This document shows, piece after piece, positions 50,568 through 60,222 of a stretch of DNA of 64,000 nucleotides. Source of the DNA: Candidatus Cloacimonadota bacterium (GTDB lineage: Bacteria; Cloacimonadota; Cloacimonadia; G963667145); the NCBI GenBank assembly GCA_963676615.1, contig OY781092.1, forward strand, positions 1,248,001-1,312,000, read 5' to 3'. The first letter of the stretch is position 1. Each line of letters begins with the position of its first letter. Made by a program: the position numbers and the translations under genes. The notes below the pieces were generated by a model. The model was given only the letters and a program-made list of their open reading frames with translations, did no database searches and was not told the origin of the DNA.

Positions 50568-51310
50568 AATTCAGCCCCCTTATCTCTGAGAGTCCCCAGC
50601 GGAAAAACAGGCAACATATTCTCTTTCGCCCATTTGGTCGCCTCCACGGCGTCTTTACCCCAGTTGGTCGGACAAGTGGAGATAAGCTCCACAAACGAAA
50701 ATCCCTTTTTGTCGCGATTATACTGCAAAGCCTTTTTCACCGCCTTTTTGGCGTTCAGCACTCCGGGAACATCCAAAAGCGAAACCCTTGCGATAAACAC
50801 AGGCGAAGCCAAAGTGTTGATTAGCTCACAAACTTGTATCGGCTCGCCAACATCGCTCACATCCCTGCCATACGGCGAGGTGGTCGCTTTCATTCCAGCC
50901 AAAGTCGTCGGAGCCATCTGTCCGCCAGTCATTCCGTAGATTGCGTTGTTGATGAAAAAAACCGTTATATTCTCGCCACGATTGGCAGCGTGAACAATTT
51001 CCGCTGTGCCAATCGCCGCCAAATCGCCATCACCCTGATAGGTAAAAGCGACCGCATCTTTGCGACTCCGCGAAATTCCCGTGGCAACCGCTGGCGCTCT
51101 GCCGTGTGCCGCCGAGACAAAATCGCACTCAAAAAAACGATAGCCAAACACCGAACAACCCACAGGGCACACGCCGATGCAACTTTTGGTAATATCCAGC
51201 TCGTCCATACTCTCGGCAATCAAGCGGTGAGCCACGCCGTGCAAACAGCCAGGACAATATGTAAACCGTTCTGCCGTAAGAGCTTCGGGTCTTTTTGCGA
51301 TAACTTCCAT
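50564..51310 (-). CDS. 2-oxoacid:ferredoxin oxidoreductase beta subunit (TPP-binding)
   Basis: YCPGCLHG, HGRAPAVATG, YQGDGD, NNAIYGMTGGQ. Confidence 0.93.
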   Translation of the reverse strand: MEVIAKRPEALTAERFTYCPGCLHGVAHRLIAESMDELDITKSCIGVCPVGCSVFGYRFFECDFVSAAHGRAPAVATGISRSRKDAVAFTYQGDGDLAAIGTAEIVHAANRGENITVFFINNAIYGMTGGQMAPTTLAGMKATTSPYGRDVSDVGEPIQVCELINTLASPVFIARVSLLDVPGVLNAKKAVKKALQYNRDKKGFSFVELISTCPTNWGKDAVEATKWAKENMLPVFPLGTLRDKGAEL

Positions 51311-52398
51311 TATTTCACCTCCGCAAACTTCGCGTCCGCAAATTTCTTAATCTCTTCGGGCGTAAACACCATTCCGCCAGTTCTGCCATAGAACTCCACA
51401 TCCACGCAGCCATTCAAGGCAAGGTGCACATCCTCGATCATCTGACCTGTCGAAAGTTCCACAACCACGACCTTCTTCACGCCCTTAGCAGCTTTCCTAA
51501 TAGCCTCGCTCGGGAACGGCCAAAGCGTCTTCGGACGAATCAAACCAACGCTAACTCCTTGCTCACGATACAAATCCACCACCGTTTTGGCAATCCTGCC
51601 CGAAGTGCCGTATCCCACAAAAAGCAACTGATTATCCTCCGCAACGCCATACTCTTCCCAGTCGGTCTCCTGCTTCTGAATCTTCACATACTTCTCATAC
51701 AAAGCGCCAACATTCTTCTCCAAAACCACTGGATCAATCTCAAAAGCTTTAACGACATTCCGCTTCTGCGTATCGTCCTTTGCTCTAGGATGCAAACACC
51801 AGCTTTTGTGCTGCTGGCGAAGAGCCTTAATCTCGGCGTCCGTCTTCATCGGCGGAAAATCCGTCGGCTCCATCATCTGTCCAATAAGCCCGTCGGTCAA
51901 AATCATCACCGGGTTGCGATACTTATCCGCCAAATCAAACGCCTTAGACATCATATCCACAGACTCCTGCACCGACGAAGGCGCAAGCACAATCAGCCGA
52001 TAATCGCCGTGACCTCCGCCTTTGGTCGCCTGAAAATAGTCCGACTGCGCCGGCTGAATATCCCCAAGACCAGGTCCGCCACGCACAACATTCACAAAAA
52101 CAAGCGGCAACTCCGCTCCTGCACAATAAGAAACACCCTCCATTTTCAGCGAAATTCCAGGAGAAGAAGACGATGTAATACACCGCACTCCGCTGGCAGC
52201 CGCGCCGTAAATCATATTGATCGCAGCCACTTCCGACTCCGCCTGCAAAAAACAACCGCCGCACTTTGGCAACATCTTCGCCATATACTCTATCAGCTCG
52301 CTCTGTGGCGTAATCGGATACCCGAAATAGTTCCTGCAACCCGCTCGGATAGCAGCCTCGCCCAGCGCCTCGTTCCCTTTCATCAACACCTTAGACAT
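51310..52398 (-). CDS. vorB: 2-oxoacid:ferredoxin oxidoreductase alpha subunit (VorB-like, branched-chain oxoacid type)
   Basis: MKGNEA, GYPITPQSE, QAESE, SSSSPGISL, RGGPGLG, GGGHGDY. Confidence 0.9.
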   Translation of the reverse strand: MSKVLMKGNEALGEAAIRAGCRNYFGYPITPQSELIEYMAKMLPKCGGCFLQAESEVAAINMIYGAAASGVRCITSSSSPGISLKMEGVSYCAGAELPLVFVNVVRGGPGLGDIQPAQSDYFQATKGGGHGDYRLIVLAPSSVQESVDMMSKAFDLADKYRNPVMILTDGLIGQMMEPTDFPPMKTDAEIKALRQQHKSWCLHPRAKDDTQKRNVVKAFEIDPVVLEKNVGALYEKYVKIQKQETDWEEYGVAEDNQLLFVGYGTSGRIAKTVVDLYREQGVSVGLIRPKTLWPFPSEAIRKAAKGVKKVVVVELSTGQMIEDVHLALNGCVDVEFYGRTGGMVFTPEEIKKFADAKFAEVK

Positions 52399-52415
52399 CT
52401 TAAACTCTCCTTTTT

Positions 52416-52619
52416 TTACTTCTCAATCGTAATCGCCGCATCTGGACAGGTCTGATAGCACATCTTGCACGCAATGCACTGCGACTGGTCGCTACACTCC
52501 GCATAATGGTAGCCCATCTGGTTAATGTCCTTGCTAAAAACGATAATTTTCTTTGGACATACCTCCATACACAGCCCGCATCCTTTGCAATAAAAAGGAT
52601 CAACTGTCATTTTCGCCAT
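52416..52619 (-). CDS. 2[4Fe-4S] ferredoxin (oxidoreductase delta subunit)
   Basis: CKGCGLCMEVCP and CIACKMCYQTCPD. Confidence 0.93.
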   Translation of the reverse strand: MAKMTVDPFYCKGCGLCMEVCPKKIIVFSKDINQMGYHYAECSDQSQCIACKMCYQTCPDAAITIEK

Positions 52620-52697
52620 TTTTCCCCCTTAACAAAAATCTTTCAGTTTACAGGCAGAAATATTCAAAAGATAAAAAACTGTCAACTTTTAAAAAAA

Positions 52698-53327
52698 TCA
52701 ATCTCGTTGACTCTGGGCAATCTCTTTTCCAAGCAAAAACCCCACTTGCTCAAACCGAAAACCGCGCCGATGCAGCCACGCTAGGCACTTTTGCTTCATC
52801 TTCTTTCGAGGCAATCTGCAATATTTTCGCACCGCTTTTTGCACCGCCTGTTCCGCAACAAACGAATCGTCAGAATAAACTTCGCGCAAAACTCGCTCCC
52901 GCAAAGAATGCTCAATCCCTTGATACTCAAGGCGAACTCTCGCCAAATCTTTGGCAATATTTTTCAACTTCAGCCCCCTAGCAAACGAAAAAGCAAACCG
53001 CTCTTGACTAAGAAAATTCCACTCCTGCATCTGCTGGACCAAATCCTGCGCCAAATGCATATCAAAAGGCAGGCTCAGCAAATATCTATAAGCCTGCTTT
53101 TGGCTACGCTCCTTGTAGCTCAAATACCGAAAAAGCCTGTCCTTGGCAAAAGAAAAAGCCGCCTTCTGCAAAAGTTCCCGCTGCTCATCCGTAATCTGAC
53201 CCTGCTGCTTACAAACCGCAAACAAGCTCTCCTGCGGCAAAACGCCCAAAACTGCGCCGTCTATCTCCACAATCCACAAAGTTTTTCGCCCGGGCTTCAG
53301 AAAATAGTTAACTCTCGCCAAAATCAA
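52698..53327 (-). CDS. recX: Regulatory protein RecX
   Basis: Overlaps the recA stop; [18 protein letters not shown] motifs. Confidence 0.8.
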   Translation of the reverse strand: MILARVNYFLKPGRKTLWIVEIDGAVLGVLPQESLFAVCKQQGQITDEQRELLQKAAFSFAKDRLFRYLSYKERSQKQAYRYLLSLPFDMHLAQDLVQQMQEWNFLSQERFAFSFARGLKLKNIAKDLARVRLEYQGIEHSLRERVLREVYSDDSFVAEQAVQKAVRKYCRLPRKKMKQKCLAWLHRRGFRFEQVGFLLGKEIAQSQRD

Positions 53328-54361
53328 TCGTCCGCATCGTTGCTTTCCGCTGGTTGCCGCTCCTGCAATCCCAGTGCGTCTTTCACCTCTTTTTCTAGCT
53401 TCGTCAAAAGCTGCGGATTGTCCGTAAAATAAGCTTTCGCCTTATCCAAGCCTTGTCCGAGTTTTACTTCTCCATACGAAAACCACGCGCCGCTACGCTC
53501 AACAATCCCATTCTGCACAGCCAAATCCAGCAAAATATCCCGATGCGAGATGCCTTGCCCATAAATTATCGGAAACTCCACCACCTTAAAAGGCGGCGCC
53601 AGCTTATTCTTGACGACCTTCACCCGCGTAATCGCCCCGTAAACATTGGTCAAATTGCTAGCATCTTTCAGCGCCTTGCCCTTTCGCACCTCCAGCCGCA
53701 CCGTCGAATAAAACTTCAGCGCAACTCCGCCCGTGGTCGTCTCGGGATTCATATACGGATTCATCATTCCGCCGATTTTCATCCGCACTTGGTTAATAAA
53801 AATCACCGCCGTTCGCGACTTGCTGATAACGCCCGTCAACTTCCGCAGCGCCTGACTCATCAGCCGTGCCTGCAAACCCACATGAGCATCGCCCATCTCG
53901 CCCTCTATCTCCGCTCTGGGAACAAGAGCCGCCACAGAATCCAAAATCACCAAATCCAGCGAATCGCTCCGCACCAAAGCTTCCATAATCTCCAGCGCCT
54001 GCTCGCCACTATCGGGCTGCGAGAGCAAAAGCTTGTCCACATCCACGCCAATTTTGGCAGCATACACCGCATCCAGAGCGTGCTCTGCATCGATAAAAGC
54101 CACAGTTCCGCCCAGCTTCTGCGCTTGTGCGGCAATATGCAGCGACAATGTCGTCTTGCCCGAGGCTTCCATCCCGTAAATCTCCGTCACCCGACCTTTG
54201 GGCACACCGCCAATCCCCAAAGCTGCATCCAAATTTATCGCACCAGTCGGAATATAGTCCACCTTATTCACCGCCACATCACTGCCCAGCCGCATCACCG
54301 TGCCCGCACCAAATCTCTTCTCCAACTGCGCCAAAGTCTCGTCAAGTCTGTCTTTGCCCAT
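53324..54361 (-). CDS. recA: Recombinase RecA
   Basis: [50 protein letters not shown]; start MGKD at 54361. Confidence 0.98.
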   Translation of the reverse strand: MGKDRLDETLAQLEKRFGAGTVMRLGSDVAVNKVDYIPTGAINLDAALGIGGVPKGRVTEIYGMEASGKTTLSLHIAAQAQKLGGTVAFIDAEHALDAVYAAKIGVDVDKLLLSQPDSGEQALEIMEALVRSDSLDLVILDSVAALVPRAEIEGEMGDAHVGLQARLMSQALRKLTGVISKSRTAVIFINQVRMKIGGMMNPYMNPETTTGGVALKFYSTVRLEVRKGKALKDASNLTNVYGAITRVKVVKNKLAPPFKVVEFPIIYGQGISHRDILLDLAVQNGIVERSGAWFSYGEVKLGQGLDKAKAYFTDNPQLLTKLEKEVKDALGLQERQPAESNDADD

Positions 54362-54551
54362 ATTTACCTCCCGAAAAATTTCGTTTCGCAGACTCAACCT
54401 CAAGCCAAAAAAATGTCAAGCCACTTTTTTAATATCCGCAAAAAAAATACCTTCCGACACTCAAAACAACTACATTTTTTGACAAAATTTAATATCAAAA
54501 TTTTCGCAAAAAAATAAAATATTTTTTTGTTTACAAGTAGCTAACTCGCTG

Positions 54552-54576
54552 AGAATAGAATAGAATAGAATAGAAT
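54552..54576 (+). repeat. Pentanucleotide tandem repeat (AGAAT)5
   Basis: Five perfect units in the recA/lipoprotein divergent intergenic region. Confidence 0.95.
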
Positions 54577-54662
54577 GGCTTGGCAAAAGGCAAAAATTTC
54601 TCTTGACCGCCAACAATCTCCTCAATCCGTTTAGACAAATTTATTTCATTAAGGAGAAAAAA

Positions 54663-55097
54663 ATGAAAAAATTTTTAATTATCACAATTATGACATTATC
54701 GTTATTTGCATGCCTTCCATCTAGTTCAGATCCAGATGTTCCAGACATCCCAACAATTGACATCCCAACAATTGACATCCCAACATACACTCCACCTACC
54801 TATCCTACCCCAAAAATTGACTCTGCAAGCATTAAATACGAAGTTTTATGTGAAAATGTTTCAGGAATTGCAATCGCCTACTGTGATGAAAACGGCTCAA
54901 TCAAATCAGCTAGATCCTATTCATCGCCATGGACAAAAGACTTAGGGGCTGTGCTAAATTTCTACCCATTTGAAATAGCTATCGCTGCTCAAGATGCCGA
55001 GAGCGGAATTGTAACAGTAAAAATATTTAAAAATGACACCCTCTCTGCCAGCAAAACCTCAACTGCTGGGGGAAAAGTAGAAGTTTCTTTAGACTAG
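54663..55097 (+). CDS. Hypothetical lipoprotein with a Pro/Thr-rich repeat linker
   Basis: AAGGAG RBS; lipobox LFAC; DIPTI repeats. Confidence 0.75.
   Translation: MKKFLIITIMTLSLFACLPSSSDPDVPDIPTIDIPTIDIPTYTPPTYPTPKIDSASIKYEVLCENVSGIAIAYCDENGSIKSARSYSSPWTKDLGAVLNFYPFEIAIAAQDAESGIVTVKIFKNDTLSASKTSTAGGKVEVSLD
54744..54785 (+). repeat. 15-bp coding tandem repeat GACATCCCAACAATT, 2.8 copies
   Basis: Exact copies at 54744 and 54759, partial copy at 54774. Confidence 0.92.
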
Positions 55098-55672
55098 GAG
55101 AAAAAAAATGAAAAAAATAATTCTATTCGCTTTCTTAGGCTGTGTTTGCTGGCTCTCTGCCTTGGACAACATCTGCCTCAAAGATGGCAATGAAATTTCA
55201 GGCAAGGTAGTTGAGATCACAAGCTCGGAGATTAAATACCGTAAAGCCTCGAACCTTCAAGGACCTCTCTACAGCCAACCAAAATCTTCCGTTCTGTTCA
55301 TCAAATACGAAAACGGAGAAAAAGAGATTATCGCCCCGAGTGAAAATCAAACAACTGAAGCGACACCAAGCCAAACAAAGCACTCCGTTCTTGCTCCTGT
55401 CCATAATACGCAAAAAGAAGAAAAGCAAAAGAGTCGTAATTTCACAATCTTTTTGGCAGCTGGTTCTTCAACGGCAAGATATAACGACTATGACGAAATG
55501 GACGATTATGTTGATCCTGTTTCTAGTGTGAGCTTAGGCTTTAACTATTCAAAATACAAGCTATCATTTTTGGGGCTTAAAACAGGTTTATTCCTCACTA
55601 AAAGAGGGTATAAACTAAAAGGCCGAATTGAATCCTCAAGTGGGGACAAATATGCAGATTTCGACGGAAGCT

Positions 55673-56988
55673 GGCACCGTCCAAAAAAGTGTGTCTAATC
55701 TCCAATTTGGTTTCCATTTTCTTAACTTTCTGGGAACAAAATTTTGTCAAATTTAAATTGATAAATCGGATAATTCAGATATTTATCGACCTTGTCCATC
55801 GCGACCTTGCTCAGCAGCAGTAGCACAGACTCATCGCTGGGCATCGAGTTCCTGATTTTCAAAACTTTCCGAAACTGTTTATTCAAATTTTCGATCCAAT
55901 TTGTGGTGTAAATCAGCCGCTGAATTCTGTGGTCAAACTCCAAAAAAGTGAAATAATAAACGACATCGTCTCTGTTTAATAACTTCTTGGTAAATCGATA
56001 CTTATCTCCCCATTTTTTCGCAAAATTATCCAAATTTTTCAAAGCAATTTCTTTCGTATAGCGTTCTTGTCCGACGCAAAAAATTTCCTTCAAATCGTCG
56101 CTAATTTCGCTTTTATCACTATTCCTGACCTTAGCTAATAGACTTCTTTTAAAGTGAGTTACACACTTTTGAAATTTCGCATTTTTAAAAACTTTGCTCA
56201 CCACATTTTCCAGCCCAACAAGGCCGTCAGCCACGACCAATTTTGTCGTTTGCAAGCCTCGCGATTTTAGGCGATTAAACAAGAATTCCCAGCCAGCAGC
56301 GCTCTCGGTCGGGATATTTTCGAGCGCCAAAATGTCCCGACTTTTGTCCTCTCGGACGCCGATAACCACGCAAAACGCCTCAGTTTCAACACTGTCGAGC
56401 CGCCTCAATTTGGAATGTATGGCGTCAATCATAATAATCGGATAGTTTTTTTCTAGCGGCCTATTTCGCCAATTTGTCAACAATTCTTTGAATTCTTGGC
56501 TGATATTGCTGATGGTCGATTTTTTGTAATTCGTGCCAAAAACATTTGCGAAAACATTCTCTATGTCTCTGGTAGACAAGCCTTTAGCATACAGCTGAAA
56601 CGCCAATTCTCGTACTTCTTGCTCCTGCTTTTTCAAAATTTCCAAGATAAATGGATAAAATTGACCGAATCTGTCGCGCGGAATTTTGAATTGAATTTTG
56701 CCGCTGAGAGATGAAAAACACCTGCTGCGATAGCCGTTGCCTTTGTTGTTTGAGCTTTTGTTTTCCGCCATAAAAGCCTGTCTTTCCAGCTTCATAAGGC
56801 TGTTAAAAACGAACTCGATCAATTTATTCGCGCCATAATCATTGACATTTTCGTCTAAAATTTTTTGTAGTTGACTTGCGTTAAATCGCATAAGAATCTC
56901 CTTTTTTGTTCTTTTTTTTATAAAAATTGGAGATTCTTTTTTTGTGTCTAGTTTTTTTTGCTGCAGACACACTTTTTTGGACAGTGCC
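55673..56988 (-). mobile_element. Complete IS256-family insertion sequence (1316 bp)
   Basis: 24-bp terminal IRs (GGCACCGTCCAAAAAAGTGTGTCT) matching 23/24; 8-bp target duplication CGGAAGCT at 55665-55672 and 56989-56996. Confidence 0.95.
55722..56891 (-). CDS. IS256-family (mutator) DDE transposase
   Basis: GNGYR, IPRDR, LYAKGLSTRDI, IDAI, ADGL, QKCVTH, YTTNWIENLN; start MRFN at 56891 inside the IRs. Confidence 0.95.
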   Translation of the reverse strand: MRFNASQLQKILDENVNDYGANKLIEFVFNSLMKLERQAFMAENKSSNNKGNGYRSRCFSSLSGKIQFKIPRDRFGQFYPFILEILKKQEQEVRELAFQLYAKGLSTRDIENVFANVFGTNYKKSTISNISQEFKELLTNWRNRPLEKNYPIIMIDAIHSKLRRLDSVETEAFCVVIGVREDKSRDILALENIPTESAAGWEFLFNRLKSRGLQTTKLVVADGLVGLENVVSKVFKNAKFQKCVTHFKRSLLAKVRNSDKSEISDDLKEIFCVGQERYTKEIALKNLDNFAKKWGDKYRFTKKLLNRDDVVYYFTFLEFDHRIQRLIYTTNWIENLNKQFRKVLKIRNSMPSDESVLLLLSKVAMDKVDKYLNYPIYQFKFDKILFPES

Positions 56989-57382
56989 CGGAAGCTGTTC
57001 AATAACATATTTGGATATGCCAATCCTTTTAAGCTTCAAAAAAGATTTTAATTCAGCTCTTTCAAGAGTATACTTTGACATTGGTACTAGATTTAGCGCC
57101 TTGTTAGGTGACTCCTATGAAATATCTGTGACTAGCAATATGCCAGAACTCAACATTGAAGATGAAGGTTCTGATGAAGACCTAAATCCCGTCACAGCAG
57201 GAATAATTCTCGCCTTAGGAATGGAATTTAACAACAGATGGGTCATCGAACTAAAAGGAGATGTTGGTGTAACCAATTTATACAAAACAGTTGAAAGCGA
57301 AGACGATGACTCAAATATGAAAAGTACAACTTCCTTAATCGGAGTCGGCTTCAAATTTTAAAAACATCAAATTTCCCAAATC

Positions 57383-57417
57383 AAAGCGGCTACAAAAACT
57401 GTTGCCGCTTTTTTTTA
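57383..57417 (+). terminator. Intrinsic terminator
   Basis: AAAGCGGC...GCCGCTTT followed by a T run. Confidence 0.7.
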
Positions 57418-57483
57418 CGCCCAAAAAAACTTGACCGCAACTCCCAAAAAATTTCCGAAAGAGACAACCAACAAGAAGGTTTC

Positions 57484-58122
57484 GTGACCAAAAAAATCTT
57501 GCTCCTGGTCTTGATGTGCGCCAGCTTCTCTTGGCTTTTTTGCCGAGATCTGTCGGTTCTTGCCAGATACGGAGAATGCAACTTTAATGCAGAATATAAC
57601 GAATTGCAAACAACCTACTCCGAGCTATTCTCCGCAGGAATTTACAAAACTTTCCCCGTTTTCTCCTGCCTAGCCATCAAATCGGGCATCGCTCTCACCT
57701 ACACAAACTCAAGAATTGAACAAGTTTGGTCGCTAGCTCCATCAGAAGAAAAAATCTTAAAACTCTCGCTTCTCTACCTCGACTTTCCGCTCCTCTACAG
57801 CATCCACAAAAATTTTGGCACCCCAAAAAGCAACATCTACTTCGACATCGGCACACGCATCAGCGCCCTGCTCTACGACCGCTGGCAAACCAAAACAGCC
57901 TCCAAAAGCAGAACAATCGAGCGAAAAGGCACCTACGACAAAGATATAGCATCCTTCGAGGCTGGCTTAATCGTCGCCCTGGGAATAGAAATGCACGACC
58001 GCTACATCATCGAATACAAACTCGACTTCAACCTAACCGACATCTACGACGACGAAATAAACTTTTTCGGCGAAAATATCGATGTAATCACAGTCTCTAT
58101 CGCCCTCGGCTTCAAATTTTAG
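57484..58122 (+). CDS. Outer-membrane beta-barrel (porin-like), paralog of the IS-split gene
   Basis: Shares YLDxP, YFDIGTRxSALL, AGxIxALGxE and terminal GFKF with the 56997-57361 segment; signal peptide. Confidence 0.75.
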   Translation: MTKKILLLVLMCASFSWLFCRDLSVLARYGECNFNAEYNELQTTYSELFSAGIYKTFPVFSCLAIKSGIALTYTNSRIEQVWSLAPSEEKILKLSLLYLDFPLLYSIHKNFGTPKSNIYFDIGTRISALLYDRWQTKTASKSRTIERKGTYDKDIASFEAGLIVALGIEMHDRYIIEYKLDFNLTDIYDDEINFFGENIDVITVSIALGFKF

Positions 58123-59498
58123 CGCTTTCTGTTTCGTCCCCAAAGAATAAACCACACAATCAACCAAATAGTTATCGCTCCCACAGCCAGCAAAAACACC
58201 TTGAATCCACCGTTGGGAACAGTCAGAAGCAAAATCACGGCAGTTGTAGTGAATAAACCTCCGCCCATAAACGGCTCATGAAGCAGCTGTTTATACGCAA
58301 ACGCCTCTGGAGCGTCGGTCTGATTCTCTGGATCTACCGCGCGCAAAAGCAAAACACCCGTTGCCGTAACTCCCATAGACTGCCCCATTTCCGCGATAGA
58401 ACGCTCAAACCAGTAGTTTGGCAAAAGCCTTTTGGCGAGGAACATCACACAAAAAACATTCCACAAAATTCCGCCAGCGACAATTATCAGAAATGGAATA
58501 AAATTTGATTTGAGCGAAGAGATCGCAATCGTCGAAATCGCCGCGGTAACCAAAAAATCCAGCGCAGTTCCGCCAATGCGTTGCATCATTCCGTGATCCA
58601 AAAGATAACTCTTCTTTGCTTTATCAAACAGAAGCTGAACAATCAAACCGCTGATCATCGCCAATGGGAAAAGCGGGAAACTTCTCATAATCTCCATTTT
58701 TCCCATTCCAGGAACAAAAGGCTCAATGTAGGCGAGAGTTTGCTGAATGATCAAGCCAATCAAAATGGCGACACCGATAACCGCAATATGAAACGCCAAG
58801 CTATCGATTGAGTAGTTGGCAACCGTCTGATGCCCTGCAGGCGGCTGATTGCTCTCTACATAAAGCCCCGCGCGCTCAAATTCCGACATTTCGTCGATAG
58901 TTTTTACCGAAGTAACATACCCCTTTCGAACAGCCCAATTAACCAAAACCATACCCACGACCACAGCGGACACAATCCCAAATGTGGCGGATGCCAGCGC
59001 CAGATCGCCACCTTCTGGCCAACCTTCTTTCACAAAAGTAGCGCTTAACCCCGCGGCAGTGCCGTGACCACCTTCAAAACCGACGGGTATCAGCCCCCCA
59101 AAAGCGACAGGAATATCGAAAAAATTGCCCAACACAAAAAGAGCCAAACCAATGCCCACAGCATACTGACCAAAAGCGACAATCTGCCCATAAACAAGCT
59201 GAGGTCCAGCCTTGTGCCAAGCTGTCTTCACAGTCGGCACCTTTGCGCCCAAAAAAATTACTGCAAACACAATATTGATAAGGAAGCCAGGCATTTTCTT
59301 CCAGCCAGCGGTGTACATCGAGATGCTATCGCCAAACACCTGCGGCAAACTTAAAACCTGAATTAAAATCAACCCTAAAATTCCAGCCAAAACCGAGGCA
59401 GGAATGTAAAGATTTTGAAAAAGTCGAACTTTTACCCGCAACATTTTCCCCAACGCGAGCAGCAGGCATATCATACAAAATGGCAACACTATCGTCAT
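58119..59498 (-). CDS. gltS: Sodium/glutamate symporter (ESS family)
   Basis: IPASVLAG, GFEGGHGTAAG, PLFPL, GQSMGVTATG; many TM helices. Confidence 0.85.
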   Translation of the reverse strand: MTIVLPFCMICLLLALGKMLRVKVRLFQNLYIPASVLAGILGLILIQVLSLPQVFGDSISMYTAGWKKMPGFLINIVFAVIFLGAKVPTVKTAWHKAGPQLVYGQIVAFGQYAVGIGLALFVLGNFFDIPVAFGGLIPVGFEGGHGTAAGLSATFVKEGWPEGGDLALASATFGIVSAVVVGMVLVNWAVRKGYVTSVKTIDEMSEFERAGLYVESNQPPAGHQTVANYSIDSLAFHIAVIGVAILIGLIIQQTLAYIEPFVPGMGKMEIMRSFPLFPLAMISGLIVQLLFDKAKKSYLLDHGMMQRIGGTALDFLVTAAISTIAISSLKSNFIPFLIIVAGGILWNVFCVMFLAKRLLPNYWFERSIAEMGQSMGVTATGVLLLRAVDPENQTDAPEAFAYKQLLHEPFMGGGLFTTTAVILLLTVPNGGFKVFLLAVGAITIWLIVWFILWGRNRKR

Positions 59499-59817
59499 AA
59501 TTATTTCCTTTTATCTATTTTTTTAGTAATCTGTTTGGAAATAACGACCAGAATTGTAAGCACCAACCAACCCAGCGGCTCTCCCCCAACACAGCAACTA
59601 ATTTTCTACTTGGTCTCAAGTTCTATTTTCGTCGCCATCTGTCAACAAAAACCCAGTCGTCAACCGTGCAAAAACCTTGGGAAACACCATTTTTTTTGCA
59701 AAATAAAATTTGGCAGTAATTAACCAAGCGTCAACTATCCGTTCAAATTTCCTTGACATTTTCGCTCTCAATTTTTCTTCAAATTAACAAAATAAGTTTT
59801 TTTCTAGAAGGTGAAAT

Positions 59818-60222
59818 ATGCGTCATAAATCCCCAGACACTGGGCAAATCGATATCTTTCGTCCGTTTTTATTCGAAACGCTGGACAAGAGCCATCCGTT
59901 GTGCAAACTCGCTACAAAAATCGACTGGAGCGCCATCGACAAAGAGTTCGCCGCCTACTACTCCGACCTCGGTCGCGGCTCAAAGCCCATACGGCTACTA
60001 TCCTCGCTGCTTTTGCTAAAAAACATTTACGACATCTCCGACGAAACAGTCGTCAACCGCTGGAGCGAAAACCCGTTCTATCAATACTTTAGCGGAATGG
60101 AATATTTCGACTGGCACTTGCCCTGCGACTCCAGCGAACTCACCTATTTCCGCCGCAGAATAACCAAAGCAGGCGTCGAATTTTTGGACAACATCGACAT
60201 CAGCATCGCCAAACCTGAATGA
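59818..60222 (+). mobile_element. IS5-family transposase N-terminal fragment (DUF772-like), no DDE domain
   Basis: HPLCKLATKIDW, GR..PIRLL..LLLLK, SDETVV..WSENPFYQYFSG, PCDSSELTYFRRRI; ends at 134 aa. Confidence 0.82.

Larger units (their letters stand above)
55108..57361 (+). pseudogene. Outer-membrane beta-barrel (porin/PorT-like) gene interrupted by IS256
   Basis: 55108-55672 joined to 56997-57361 restores a 309-aa ORF (...FDGSCSITYLDMP...IGVGFKF). Confidence 0.88.

Noticed and set aside
56927..56996. Independent gene starting at 56927
   Set aside because: Its first residues derive from IS sequence; the remainder is the 3' half of the interrupted barrel gene.
56892..57023. N-terminal extension of the IS256 transposase in the ORF track
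   Set aside because: It runs across the IR into the target gene; the ATG at 56891 has an RBS and lies inside the element.
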